From the NCBI GenBank assembly GCA_000934665.2, contig JYFJ02004005.1, positions 1 through 35,680 on the forward strand: a stretch of DNA of 35,680 bases, in the 5' to 3' direction. A program made the translations under genes and the position numbers. Below, piece by piece: positions 12,491 to 23,800 of the stretch (the first letter of the stretch is position 1; every line of letters starts with the position of its first letter). Under the pieces are notes generated by a model. It was given only the letters and a program-made list of their open reading frames with translations, searched no databases and had not been told where the DNA came from. The DNA is from Catajapyx aquilonaris. Taxonomy: Eukaryota.

Positions 12491-14560
12491 TATGTCTTAT
12501 TGTTACACAATCGGAAACTGGCTATTAGCCAGTCACATTTCGTGCTTGTCTCCACATTTCATAGAGCAAATGCCTCGACAGCTTGCCAAACTTGTCATTA
12601 AAATTTTTCTGCAGTCGTGCCCAAGAAATCCTTCTAACCCCCTCTGGATGCAACATGACCAATGTAATTTAAAATGTGGCAATAGAGTGGCAGTATCTCA
12701 ATCTCCATCAGTGTGGGCGTGGCAGTTCCTAAACTATTTTAGTAACCTCCAGAAAGCAGTTATTATATTTTCTAAAAGCTCAAGTAGGTTTATCTGGGAT
12801 GGGAGAAAGAGCGACTAGGACAAACGGCAAGCCACAGTACTGTAGCTGCATCTACGATGAGTTAGAAAAACCTCATCAATGTTCAGGTACAGCAATTCAT
12901 CCCCACGGGTTGAAGAAATAGACAAGGCTTTGTGAATTGTTGGATTAGAAATCTAGTAAATCTCCACCTACTGTAGTCATACTGTTGAGGGACTGGGAAT
13001 CATATTAAACATAACAATGATGGTGTACCAATTTCATTAAAAAAAGGTGAGTTTGAACAGAAGGAGTTTTGCCACAAGTTTTTAATGTGCTTTGAATTGA
13101 GCAAACAGGTCTTTAAAAAACATTTAAAAAACTACACCAAAACAGCACCCGCAATAATATTAATGTTCGTCAAATGCAAAGTTTTGTGATATCAAAAGTA
13201 CTGGACTACATGCTCACATGACTTGCAGCAGAAAGCTTTCGAGTGGCATTCACATCACATGAGACGAACCTGCAACTGAGCTAGTATATGAAATTCAGTT
13301 AACAGGAATGGCAGAATCTTAACACACATTGTCATTTGCCATAAAGCAAAATACTTGGCGCACCAGGTATAACCATAAACTAGTTGAGAAGTCAACCTGG
13401 TCGATGACAAACGAATGGCGCTGGGGGAACAAACTAAAATCTATTAGTAAAAATGAACAGCTCAATCGAGCACGGTGGCACCATACAACTATATTAAGAA
13501 CATTATGCACAGCTTATGCTGAAGTTACAAACATATCTAGGGTGTTACTTGTTCAGACTTTGTACATAACAGTGGCTGCATTCAGAACTGCAACCCATTG
13601 TTGCTACAAAACTGCTCTTTTGAAAGACCTATACCAGAAATCTTGTTGAACACGAATACAAAGCAAGCACATCAGTGACGTGCTACATCAACAATAATAA
13701 AATTTATTTGTAGCAATAAGGTCACATGGGTCCCATATCATTCTATTGGTGTCATCAAGTTGATGATGAACATTGAAGAATATGCAAAGGAACTGATACA
13801 TGCGCATTTCTATGCATGGATGTGTGTATGAGGTTAGAGCATTTTGGAAAGAGGATGCTTTAGAGAAAGTGGATAAAGTACCTGCATTGTGTGGAACCCA
13901 TAAAACTTGCCTGCAGAGCTGAGGTATATCGTTTGAAAAACACATGCTTCGGCATGTGGTTGTACTTGATACTTGGACAAAATAATTGATACGAAATTCA
14001 TCCTCCATGTTACACACAGATGTTAGTACACAACTTACATTAAAACTTATGTAATTGTGCTCCCTTGAGGAGTTCTTTGCTCCACAACGTACCACTACAG
14101 CTGAATGGTAAAATTTAAAAAAGGAGGAGAAAAAAAACCATTGGCTACTTCTCGTTTCACTCGAGTTCCTTCTGAAAATGACAAATAGTTAATGCTGTAA
14201 CAACATTCAAAAGGATTCCTCTTCAGATGAGGAAATCATCCTAATTTAGAGTCAAGACTCAAGAGTAGCACACAGCACATCACAAACACTACAGATGCAT
14301 GGAACTGTCACATCTTACTGCTCAATTCCGCTACTGCCACCATTTAGTCCAGGTACTTCACACTCACTCACACTTCACTGAAGGTGTTAACTCTTCCTAG
14401 AGGTACTCACGCTGATTACTGAGGATGTGGTAACCCAATCAAAAACATCTATGCTCAATTCTGTACCCCTGAGGTGGCCATGCACCATGCATGTTAGTGT
14501 CTTGTCCAAAAAGCTTAAGGTATGCACCATTCTTGAGTCATGTTTGCAAGAAGCACTGTT

Positions 14561-14890
14561 TCAACCTCCTCCAATGCATGATTCAGGGACAGCCACTAAG
14601 AGGATCTTTGTACTGAAAAAAATAATATGACAGTTACTTGAATTGTGGTTAGGGATCTGCATTGCCTGAATTACCTCTATGGATTCGGACAAGCCATGTA
14701 CTTTGTAAAGCTGACTCAGCGAGCTGTCTATCTGCGGCAACCGATTGGAGGTAGTAGTGAAGTTGGGTCCAGGCACTGTATGTAGTCTAGCTTGGAGGGC
14801 AACACGTTCCATGACACAAGAAGCTGACAAGCGAGCCTCCGAGTCCTGATCCCAACATTCTTCTATCGTGTCACAAAGTGCTGACATGCC
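14561..14890 (-). CDS. put: punt exon, kinase XI and C-terminal tail ([30 protein letters not shown]...)
   Basis: tttatag acceptor; frame open to TGA at 14561, but an internal donor GAG|GTAATT at 14675/14674 could end the exon earlier. Confidence 0.85.
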   Translation of the reverse strand, partial: GMSALCDTIEECWDQDSEARLSASCVMERVALQARLHTVPGPNFTTTSNRLPQIDSSLSQLYKVHGLSESIEVIQAMQIPNHNSSNCHIIFFSTKILLVAVPESCIGGG

Positions 14891-17800
14891 CTATAAAGTT
14901 GATGCAAAGTTAATTAGGTGACAATGTATGCATATGGGCATGGCAGGAGAAGGTAGGGGTGAAAAAATATATTTAGTGTGTTTCAGAATCCAGTTAGCTT
15001 CAATATTGGTTGAAATGTCACCAACTCTCCTGCATCCAGTTGGTACACTACAGGAAAAATTGTCTTGTACCCTGTCAAGCAGCCGCTGGAAGCATTGTCT
15101 GAGCACAAGTTGATTTAGTCATGCTTCCACCTGCGCTGCTTGCCAGGGTACTGCATAAGGCAATTTTTACTACTGTGCCTGGAAAATTTAGTCAAAAGAA
15201 GAACCAAATGAGCACGTCTCTTGTGGAATTCCCCTTCTTCACCATTCCTTAGTCCCTCAAGGGCACCAGCAGGACTTGAGGGTGTGATATTTCTGCTGAT
15301 GTGACTGAGAGTTAAATTTTGAAACACACAACATGTTCAAGCATGGGAGATCAAGTAGAAAAGGTTTCAATTTTTCTCGCTGAGAATGGAATGTTTGTGT
15401 TTGCCTCGAGATATGCATGGGCTCTGCCCCTGAGCTATTACAGGTAGTCCCCGGTTTACGAACGACCTGACTTACAGTGGTCTGTACTTACGAACGGGCT
15501 CCAAAGGCTCCTCAGAAGGATAAATTTATCAATTATCCCTCCACTTTCAATCACTTTTGCATATGTTGACCCACACCAAGTTCTACATAAATACTGGATT
15601 TGATTATAGGGAAATTACGTATTTCTGCGCATGTAAACAGAGGTTCGTTGGAGCAGCATATTTACGGTGTATATGTGCTGCTCCTCAGGAATCTGAACTA
15701 CATACAGATCCTACTTATGGACATTTTCAGGAACATAACTCCGTTCGTAGACCGGTGAATACCTGTACACTACCCTGCATTAATGGCTATGCACAGACAT
15801 TGCCACCTGGCGGACATAAGTCGCGACAGCTGCGTCCAAAATACTTGGACAGCTCAAGCCTGCTCACAAGACCGCTCAAGACATCGCAGTGGATTCAAAT
15901 GCCTGCTACAAAGATGGATAATAATAGATTATATCATCATGGGATGGATTATAAAACCATTGCGATTCCTCTCAATGCACTGAAGTTGTGAACCAGTTAT
16001 TACACGGACCGCGAGAATGCTTATTAGTAATATTATTCTCTCTTGTTATTAAATGTGCGGCTGTATAGGGGACTTTTGGGAGTGCGCGTAAACAGCATCA
16101 CACTTCTCTTATCATTTCACTGTTAAATTCAGGAGTTTTAAATACACTGTAGTAAAACGAAGCAAGTCATATAGGATGGTGCAGAAGATTGGGTATAGGC
16201 AACAACTGTCATTCGAGAGACTCCTGTAAGACTCTGACTAATGATTGGCAATGCATAAATTCGATGTCTGATCGAGCGTGGTGCCGCCCTCCTCCCCCGC
16301 GGCCACCTGGCGGCTGCCTGAGGAAGTTGTATGCCGGGCCCCCGCTGCAGCGCGAGTTTGAAATGCAGTTCGGGGTCGGATATTACTGGCTGCTGCCAAT
16401 GCATATGTTGTCACCGAGGTGTTACTTTCCGGACCTCGCCTTTTCTTGGTCCCTAATTGTTTACGGGTGGCCTACATCTGTTGCTCCCGCATCAGATCCC
16501 CATGACTAAACGCCCAGAGGGAACGACTGGAAGGCGACACATGTTTATGTTTAGCACTTCCGCAGGGGGTGCATAGGCCACACTTATCATTTCTGGCCTT
16601 CCAGTCCGGCATATTGAGGCTGGAAGCAAGTAGCATCATGGACAAGAAAGGCAAGGGTGGTGCCTGGTTCTGTGTAGTTTGTAAGCGCCGTAAGAAACGG
16701 TTCGAGCGAGTTGCGAACATCAGGATTTGATGCGGCAATGGCGAGAAGCCTTGAATTTACCACCAACGTATACACCCATGTCAGGTCATCAGGTGTGCAT
16801 GGATCACTTTCACAGGCTGTCGCTATTTCCCCACAGACCTGAACAGAAGAGCCGGAAACTAAAGCCTAATGCTGTTCCAACACTGGAGGTAGGAATAATT
16901 TGGAACAGTGTCAATGTACGTATATTTTACCCACCAAAAACCTATCTGTAAAAAAAAGGCCAAGTTCTCCTGGCTGCTTGGCCGTCAAAAGTGGTGAGAT
17001 CTGAAATACGACCAAGTTCAACGTCGTTGTCAATTACTGGCATTCTCAACTTCTTCAACCTAAACCACTAACTTTATTTTTCCAGGTCGACCTTAAGTTT
17101 AATAAACAGAAAATTTTAATGTCATTTCTCCTATGTCACTTGGCCATTGCTCATGTCCGAGGTATTGTTGAATTCTACAACTGTTTCAATGTTTTAAGAG
17201 CAATGGCCAAGTGACATCAGGAGAAATAACATTAAAATTTTCTGTTTATTAAACTTAAGGTCGACCTGGAAAAATAAAGTTAGTGGTTTACTTTGAAGAA
17301 TTTGAGAATGCCAGTAATGAGTACGACATTGAACTTGGCCGTATTTCAGATCTCACCACTTTTGACGGCCAAGCAGTCAGGAGAACTTGGCCTTTTTTTT
17401 ACAGAAATGTTTTTGGTGGGATATCACCTCTTTTTGTAGGCAGGAGTGTAGGATAATATTATAAGAAAGCTCGGGGAGCCCCCTACGGTTGGACGTGGAA
17501 GCAATGGTCATTTAAATATTCCAAATACGGTAATGAATAACCTAGAGCAAAATGTGTAGGTTATATACGAAAGTATGTAAAACTCTATCTTTTCCTCTGA
17601 ATAGGTATGATTTTCTTCTGCTTTCTCATATTACGCTTCCTTTTTTTCTGTTCTGGTTGTGCGAATTGGAGATCTGCTACACCTGATCGCATAGCCCATT
17701 CGCGATCCTCAACCACTTCTGTCGATGCCTTACTAGCCCTTTTGAGTATTGTAGTGCCCCACGATGAATCCGTCAGAGGCTCCACAAAATAATAACCAGG

Positions 17801-20800
17801 AACACACGGGCAAGGTTTACGAGCCACTATGGCACTCTATTTGGGGACACGAACTACAACACTTCCGTCCAGGAGGACGATCGAACAAGAACTAACTTTA
17901 TCAAAACATCAACAACATCAGTGCCCTGGCAACCAGGGCAACAGACAACAACCTGGTTGCCAGGACACTACAATCTTCCCCCCTTAAAGAGAACGAGAAA
18001 TATCTCGTTCCAAACAATGATGTCCCAACAACAATGCTTCTTTTCCAGATTGCACTTTTCTTCTTTTTCTCCAGTTCTTCCAGACTGGCCCTCTCCAGCT
18101 GGAGTTTCTTTCTCGCTCCAGTGACGGTTGATCTTCCGCATCTGCATGATCACTAGTCCCGTCAATCTCACCTTCTGCTTGGCCAACAGACTCCACACGG
18201 ACGTCTGCTTGGTCACCAGACTTCACCTGTAGCTGCTGCTTTTGCCTCGGCTTCCCCCAGTTGTCCAAAAACAGGAAGTCCGCCCCTGCCCTGCTGGCGT
18301 CCCTTTTACTTGCAGCATCACCCTTTGTCGCTTGCATCTGCAGCCCCCCCGGCCTTCTGCAGCATCCCCTTGACAAAACTGCATTGGCTTCACCGTCGCC
18401 GTCAATAGGTGCGTCACTCACCCGTCGCATCTGGGCCTCTTCTAGCACACCGACTCGACAGTTCATTGTCACTGCATGGTCTTCCCCGCTCAGGACAATC
18501 ACCATCCTCTCGATCTCTTTGTCCCGCAGGCCACCTCCATCTCTGAGATGGCTCTTGGGACGCTTCTGACTCGTACTCCAGGTGTCCCCACCGACATCCA
18601 GACCTTCCCTTGTTGGATACAGGATCTGCTGGCCCCCATCATCGCTACAGCAACCTATAGGACCTCTCTCTGCGCTCTCCTCCAGCCCTCCGACGGTTTG
18701 GCCCACGGCGCCCTCTGCCTGGCACTCCTCGGCTCCCACCTGGTCCTGGCCCATCAAATTATCCCTCCCCGGGATGATCAAAAAAGTGCTGTTTTCAGAT
18801 TTATTCTGATGTTTGTTTGACAAGCTCTACCAGCATGCCAAATTTCAGCATCCTAGGACCACTGGAAGTGCCGCATAATTTTGATGATCAGAGTGAGTCA
18901 GTCAGTAAGTGTCATATTTTGGCCGTTTTGGGAGTTTTTAGGATTTTTAAAGTCGGAAATGAAAAGAGATATAAACATGGAAGTAAGGGGGTATTATTTT
19001 TACCAGATTTTTATCTACCCAAATAAAATTTTTGAAGCCTCCTATGTTCACCAGTGCGAAGATTCGAGGGGGTGAAAATGACGCGAGTTGTGTCGGGTAA
19101 AGGTGGTCCGGCAGTGCGGCGAGAACTTGGCGGGGGCACTGCCGTGCCCCCTAATTGCACCCCCCCGCCCCCCAGTGCACATCAGACATGGAAACCAGCA
19201 CCGGATCATCCGCTGTTGATGAGTCCAATACTGATGCACAGCTAATATGTGTTAGGGCCAGAAGATTGCTAATGGCTCTGTTTTAATGACTAATTCCAAT
19301 TTGAAGCACTATTGGGACTAAATTGGTGTATGCGGGAGCAACAGATGTAGGCCACTGGTAAACAATTAGGGGCCAAGCAAAGGCGAGGTCCGGAAAGTAA
19401 CACCTCAGTGACAACATATTCATTGGCAGCAGCCAGTAATATCCGACCCCGAACTGCATTCCAAACTTGCGCTGCAGCGGGCGCCCGGCATACGACTTCC
19501 TCAGGCAGCTGCCAGGTGGCCGGGGGAGGTGTCGCCGAGACTGGCGGGGCAGGGAGTTTGCAGCCGGCCTACTTTGACATTTATTTCTCGGATTACCATT
19601 CGCCTCCACTGAGATAAACGGATCGCATTCTCGGAATCAGGATTTTTTGCCTGATTTTTAAAAACCAACTTGTATTTTGAGTGGAGTGTCCCTTTAAACA
19701 TGAAAACAATAAATAAAATATGTAAATAGTGCATGTAAAGAAAATTGCAATTATTGTACAAGTGAGGAGTGCTGATGTCCTGTGTGGCTGGTGGAGAGGA
19801 AGAGAAAGGTTTCTGTTTGGAAGGAGTCACCTTCCATTATATGCACAACCAAACACCAAGAATAAAGTGAAAAGAGCAGTGAAAACACACGAGCGTAATG
19901 CAAGAGATGCTTTCCCAGCAAGAGGGAGAGACGACTTGGGAGCACAACAGATGGCATTTACACAGAGATGGTGCATCTTTTCACTGCCCATGCAGTTCAA
20001 ACTCTGTATCGAATTTCTCTCAAATTTAGCGTTCAAACTCTGGAACATTCGAAGTTAGGGGCGTTGGAAGTATGAGGTTCCATTGTACCTTTAAAGCCTG
20101 AATTTTGCAAGCAACCATCAATAGACATACCGAATGCTTCTTCCAAGTGTCTTTAATGACCGGTCTCAGCTTTTTGTGCACAACACATTCCTGCATGTCT
20201 TCCAGAGTAGGATGCTGTCCAACTTCCTCTTCAAATGGCAACATGTACTCTGGTATTGGACCCTGAATGGAAAGATAGGCAAGATGTCAGAATTAACAAA
20301 ACAATATGTTCTATTCTTTCACACTAACTGTTACATCTGTACCAAGCAGAAGTCCTGTACAGACAGTTCAGGAGGCATAGCAATTATAGGACTTACTGCA
20401 GATAATTGCACAGGAATAATTTTGGAAATCACATACACTTGTTCATGAATTTGGTGAAATACAGGGTGGTCCAGCAAAGAAGAACCATTGCTTACAGATA
20501 TTAACTTCTGTAGCTCAGTTCCAGTAACCAGTTCTTATTATGTGCAGCAGTTAAGTAACTTCTTACCTATCCTTGGAAAAAGCAGTAGACAATGGCTCTT
20601 TTATTTCAGTTATGCACTGGCCATATACATCAAAATACCAGCGGGCTGAATATGTTTGAGAGCCTCACTTTTTTTTACCTGAAGATTTGGCTACTAAAAA
20701 CACCCACAGGCCTCAACAATTAACCCATTAGATTTGACTCATTGCTATGTGTTCCCCCCCACCAGTATTTGGAAGTAATTTTGACACATGGCTGAGGTAG

Positions 20801-23800
20801 GTTCTCAATAAATATCTTTGGCCACTCCTCTTCAAAGCCTCACACCAGAAGTACACAGGTTATTTAATAATAATTCATACCCCGTTATCAGCCATCGGCT
20901 CTTTAGGGGGGAAGTTTGTTTTGCCTGGAACTCTTTGCTTTTCATTTTACTGTGCTCTTTGGGATAGGATAGGGACGGAAGGAAGCGGCTGTGGCCTATT
21001 AATTATGGAAGCAACTCCGGAATTATTCTGGAAGGACCGTGGGAAACCACAGAAAACCACGGTCAGAGTTGCTGGCCCCAGGATTCGAACCCAGGACCTC
21101 CCGATTAGCAGTCGGACGCCTTATCCACTATGCCAACCTGCTTCGGTTACACAGGTTATTTGAACTGCTACAAGTAACTAATTCTTTCCATTTAGTGGTA
21201 CCCGGCTGCACATGCTGAATTTCTGCAAGCAGTGGTTTTTTCCTTCTTGGAACACCCTGCATAATTACAAATAATTGTTGTAATGGTCCTGTCACTCTTA
21301 TATCGATTGTAAGGTATTATAAGAGGCTAAAAAGTCTTCGCTCAAAATTTTTATTATGTACCCACGCCATTTTCCCACCTTGCTGGACTTCCGCCCTTGT
21401 CCTATGAACTGACCTGACCTGGGGATCAAAGTGAAACCTCTCATGAATGTGCACCCCCACACTACTGGACACAAGTCCGACAGTGCACAGTGGAAAAAAT
21501 CGCGACGTTCATGGTCAGATTTCCAATTTGGCAACCTTGTAATGTCCAGTCCAAACATACTTAGGCACATCTACGAGGGGGAATCAAATGAAAACGATAA
21601 TTATTTTTTTTACAATTGTTCTACTATAATAATGATTGTGACAACTACACTATTTTTCCACATAGTCCCCTTGGCGTTCAATGCAAGTGCGCCACCTGGT
21701 AGGAAGCACCTCAATACCGCGGGGAAAAAATTATTTCGATTGAGCTCGTAGCCAGTTGTGCACCGACACTTCCACTTCATCATTGGACTGGAACTTCTTT
21801 CCTCCTAGGTCTACTTTCAATGGACCAAAGATGTGGTAATCAGATGGTGCTAAAGTCGGGCGAGTACGGGAAGATGTGGCAGACACTTCAGAGGCCACTT
21901 CTTCCAGTGTGACACGGCGGTTTTCTTGAATCAGTCCGTCCACTGCTGCTATGGACTCTGGTGCCACTGCACGATGCGCCCGGCCAGTATACGGGCCCAG
22001 TATACGGGTCCTGTTGCGAATTTTGCGCAACACGCGTACACTCGCCCCTGCGACATGCACACGTCCCCGTATTTCAGGGCCATCCTGCGGTGGATTTCGA
22101 TCGACTCAATCCCTTCACTCCGCAACAATCTCACGACGGCCCGCTGTTCTTCTTCGGTGCACTTCGTAAGTGTCGCCGCCATCTTGTGATGGCTGTCGGC
22201 TGACTCCAATGCCATCTAGTGGCACGTACTTTTACTACTCGATTCACTATAGTTCTACCAGTGTGTATGTAAGGTTTCAAGCGGCCAGGACGATTTTTGG
22301 ATTTTTCAGGACACTTTTATCGTTTTCATTTGATTCCCCCTCGTAAAAATAACCAGAGCAACACGTGGTGCAATTGTTGGAGCTTGGATTTGAACCTGAC
22401 AGCCGTAGGGTACGGTTCAAAGTGGGCTTGTTCTCCGACAGTAGAAGTGTGTTGATCAACTTTGCCCGTTGTTTAAGATTGTGCTGCTTTTTCCCTATTG
22501 GAAATGTCCAGCAACATAACTAATTTTTACGCCATTGAGTAATTGGAAATGTGTAGTTTCACTGTTGATAAATGGTTTTATCATCATGTAAATGATATGC
22601 CCATTATTGCTCATGTTAGAGAATGATGAAAAATACGAATAAGAACAAGTGTAGGTCACATTAAATTTTGACCTAAAAAGTGGTGCGCGCGCTTGCGCGT
22701 CTGTTTTTGAGGTGGAATAACATACTGGTATATGTCACATTCTGTGCCTAAAAGCTTTTCTTGCGCTTTTTTGCGCGCTACGAGAAATGAGCATTTCTTT
22801 AGGAAGGTGTGCCATTATAGTTATCTGATTTGATACGATTTTAAAAATTGGTTAAACGAGTCCCAAAGACTTAAGTTTTTGCAACTGGCTTTTGGGGACC
22901 TTGCTCTTTCACGTGAAACAATTTATCGGTGGTTTCAATAATTTAAAATAGGAAGAACGTCACTGAAAGACGAGGAGAGAAGTGAGTGTCCGACTCGAGC
23001 ACGGCGATCGTAGTGACTAAGGTAAACGTAGCGACTTTTTCGTCACTACGATCGTCCGCGTGCTTGAGTAACTCCCAAACACTAAATTCACGCTAATCCA
23101 AACATAAATTATTGTTGACCATGAATTTCGCGATTTTGCCCACTGTGCAGTGGTTGGACTGAGAGCATCGTGATCAGTGGAGTGTTGGATGTGAGGTCCC
23201 AATGCCATGGCCTGCCAGATCCGGGGACCTTTTCTTGCACATGGGGACATGTCAATGAATTATTTATGCACGTGACCCAACCCAGTGACCTGGATGAAAT
23301 AGTTGCGAAACTGCATGCAGCAGTTTCAACCACCGATAAGGATATGCTTCAACATGTGCGAGGGCGCAATACCTGTCTATGGACGCATATTGGGCACTTC
23401 GAATATCCCCTTGGCTAAGAAATACTGTACTCTGCATCCAACATTCCACTACTCTCCACGGCTGTCAGCAGGTCACAGCAAATAAAAATAGAAATGATCG
23501 GGTGGAAACTTAAACAGGAACAAAGCACTACTGCCGCCTCGACCAGAGATGAAAAATATAATGGATACCCCGTGATAGGCCCCTTGGGCCTCTTAGGGGA
23601 TCATCTTTTCGTGAACCGTCTTTAATCATTGCCTGCGTGTGATGGATTTTGATAGTGGGAGGAAACGGGAGAACCCCGAGAAACTCTATCCACATAAGCA
23701 TCCTTTGCGCTACCCGGGGATCAAACTCGGGACCTTAGAGGTGGAAGGCTGTGGCGCTAACAACTCCGCCACCGTGTCGCCCTGAGATGAAAAATATTGT

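Larger units (their letters stand above)
16291..19693. mobile_element. Decayed THAP-gene-bearing DNA transposon, possibly Kolobok-type
   Basis: About 200-bp inverted repeats 16291-16492 / 19330-19529; right end GTGTCCCT|TTAA at 19693; THAP remnant inside. A matching left terminus was not found. Confidence 0.6.
21486..23147. mobile_element. Non-autonomous Transib element
   Basis: TIRs begin CACAGTGG (about 32 bp, imperfect); perfect 5-bp TSD CAGTG (21481-21485, 23148-23152). Confidence 0.88.
21442..23418 (+). pseudogene. Decayed Tc1/mariner-superfamily transposase C-terminal half, split by the Transib insertion (pieces 21442-21485 and 23153-23418)
   Basis: The empty site reads [23 protein letters not shown]...PWPARSGDL, then TWGHVNE...[11 protein letters not shown]...GHFEY, matching DGAPPH / WPxRSPDL / GHFE motifs. 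Confidence 0.75.

Noticed and set aside
17984..18823. Longest ORF (279 aa) as a nested host gene
   Set aside because: Low complexity, its first codons come from a separate repeat insertion, it appears frameshifted, and it lies inside a transposon relic.
16189..19609. Similar ORFs 16189..16509 and 19283..19609
   Set aside because: Translations of the 200-bp inverted repeat; no evidence of coding function.
21070..21147. tRNA gene (also near 23710-23783, 23852-23915, 33920-33990)
   Set aside because: Only A/B boxes are retained; each continues into a SINE body, three of the four with TSDs, and none gives a convincing acceptor stem.
21486..23147. Genuine 12/23 RSS pair or ProtoRAG
   Set aside because: No ACAAAAACC-like nonamer at 12 or 23 bp and no RAG1/RAG2-like ORF in the element.
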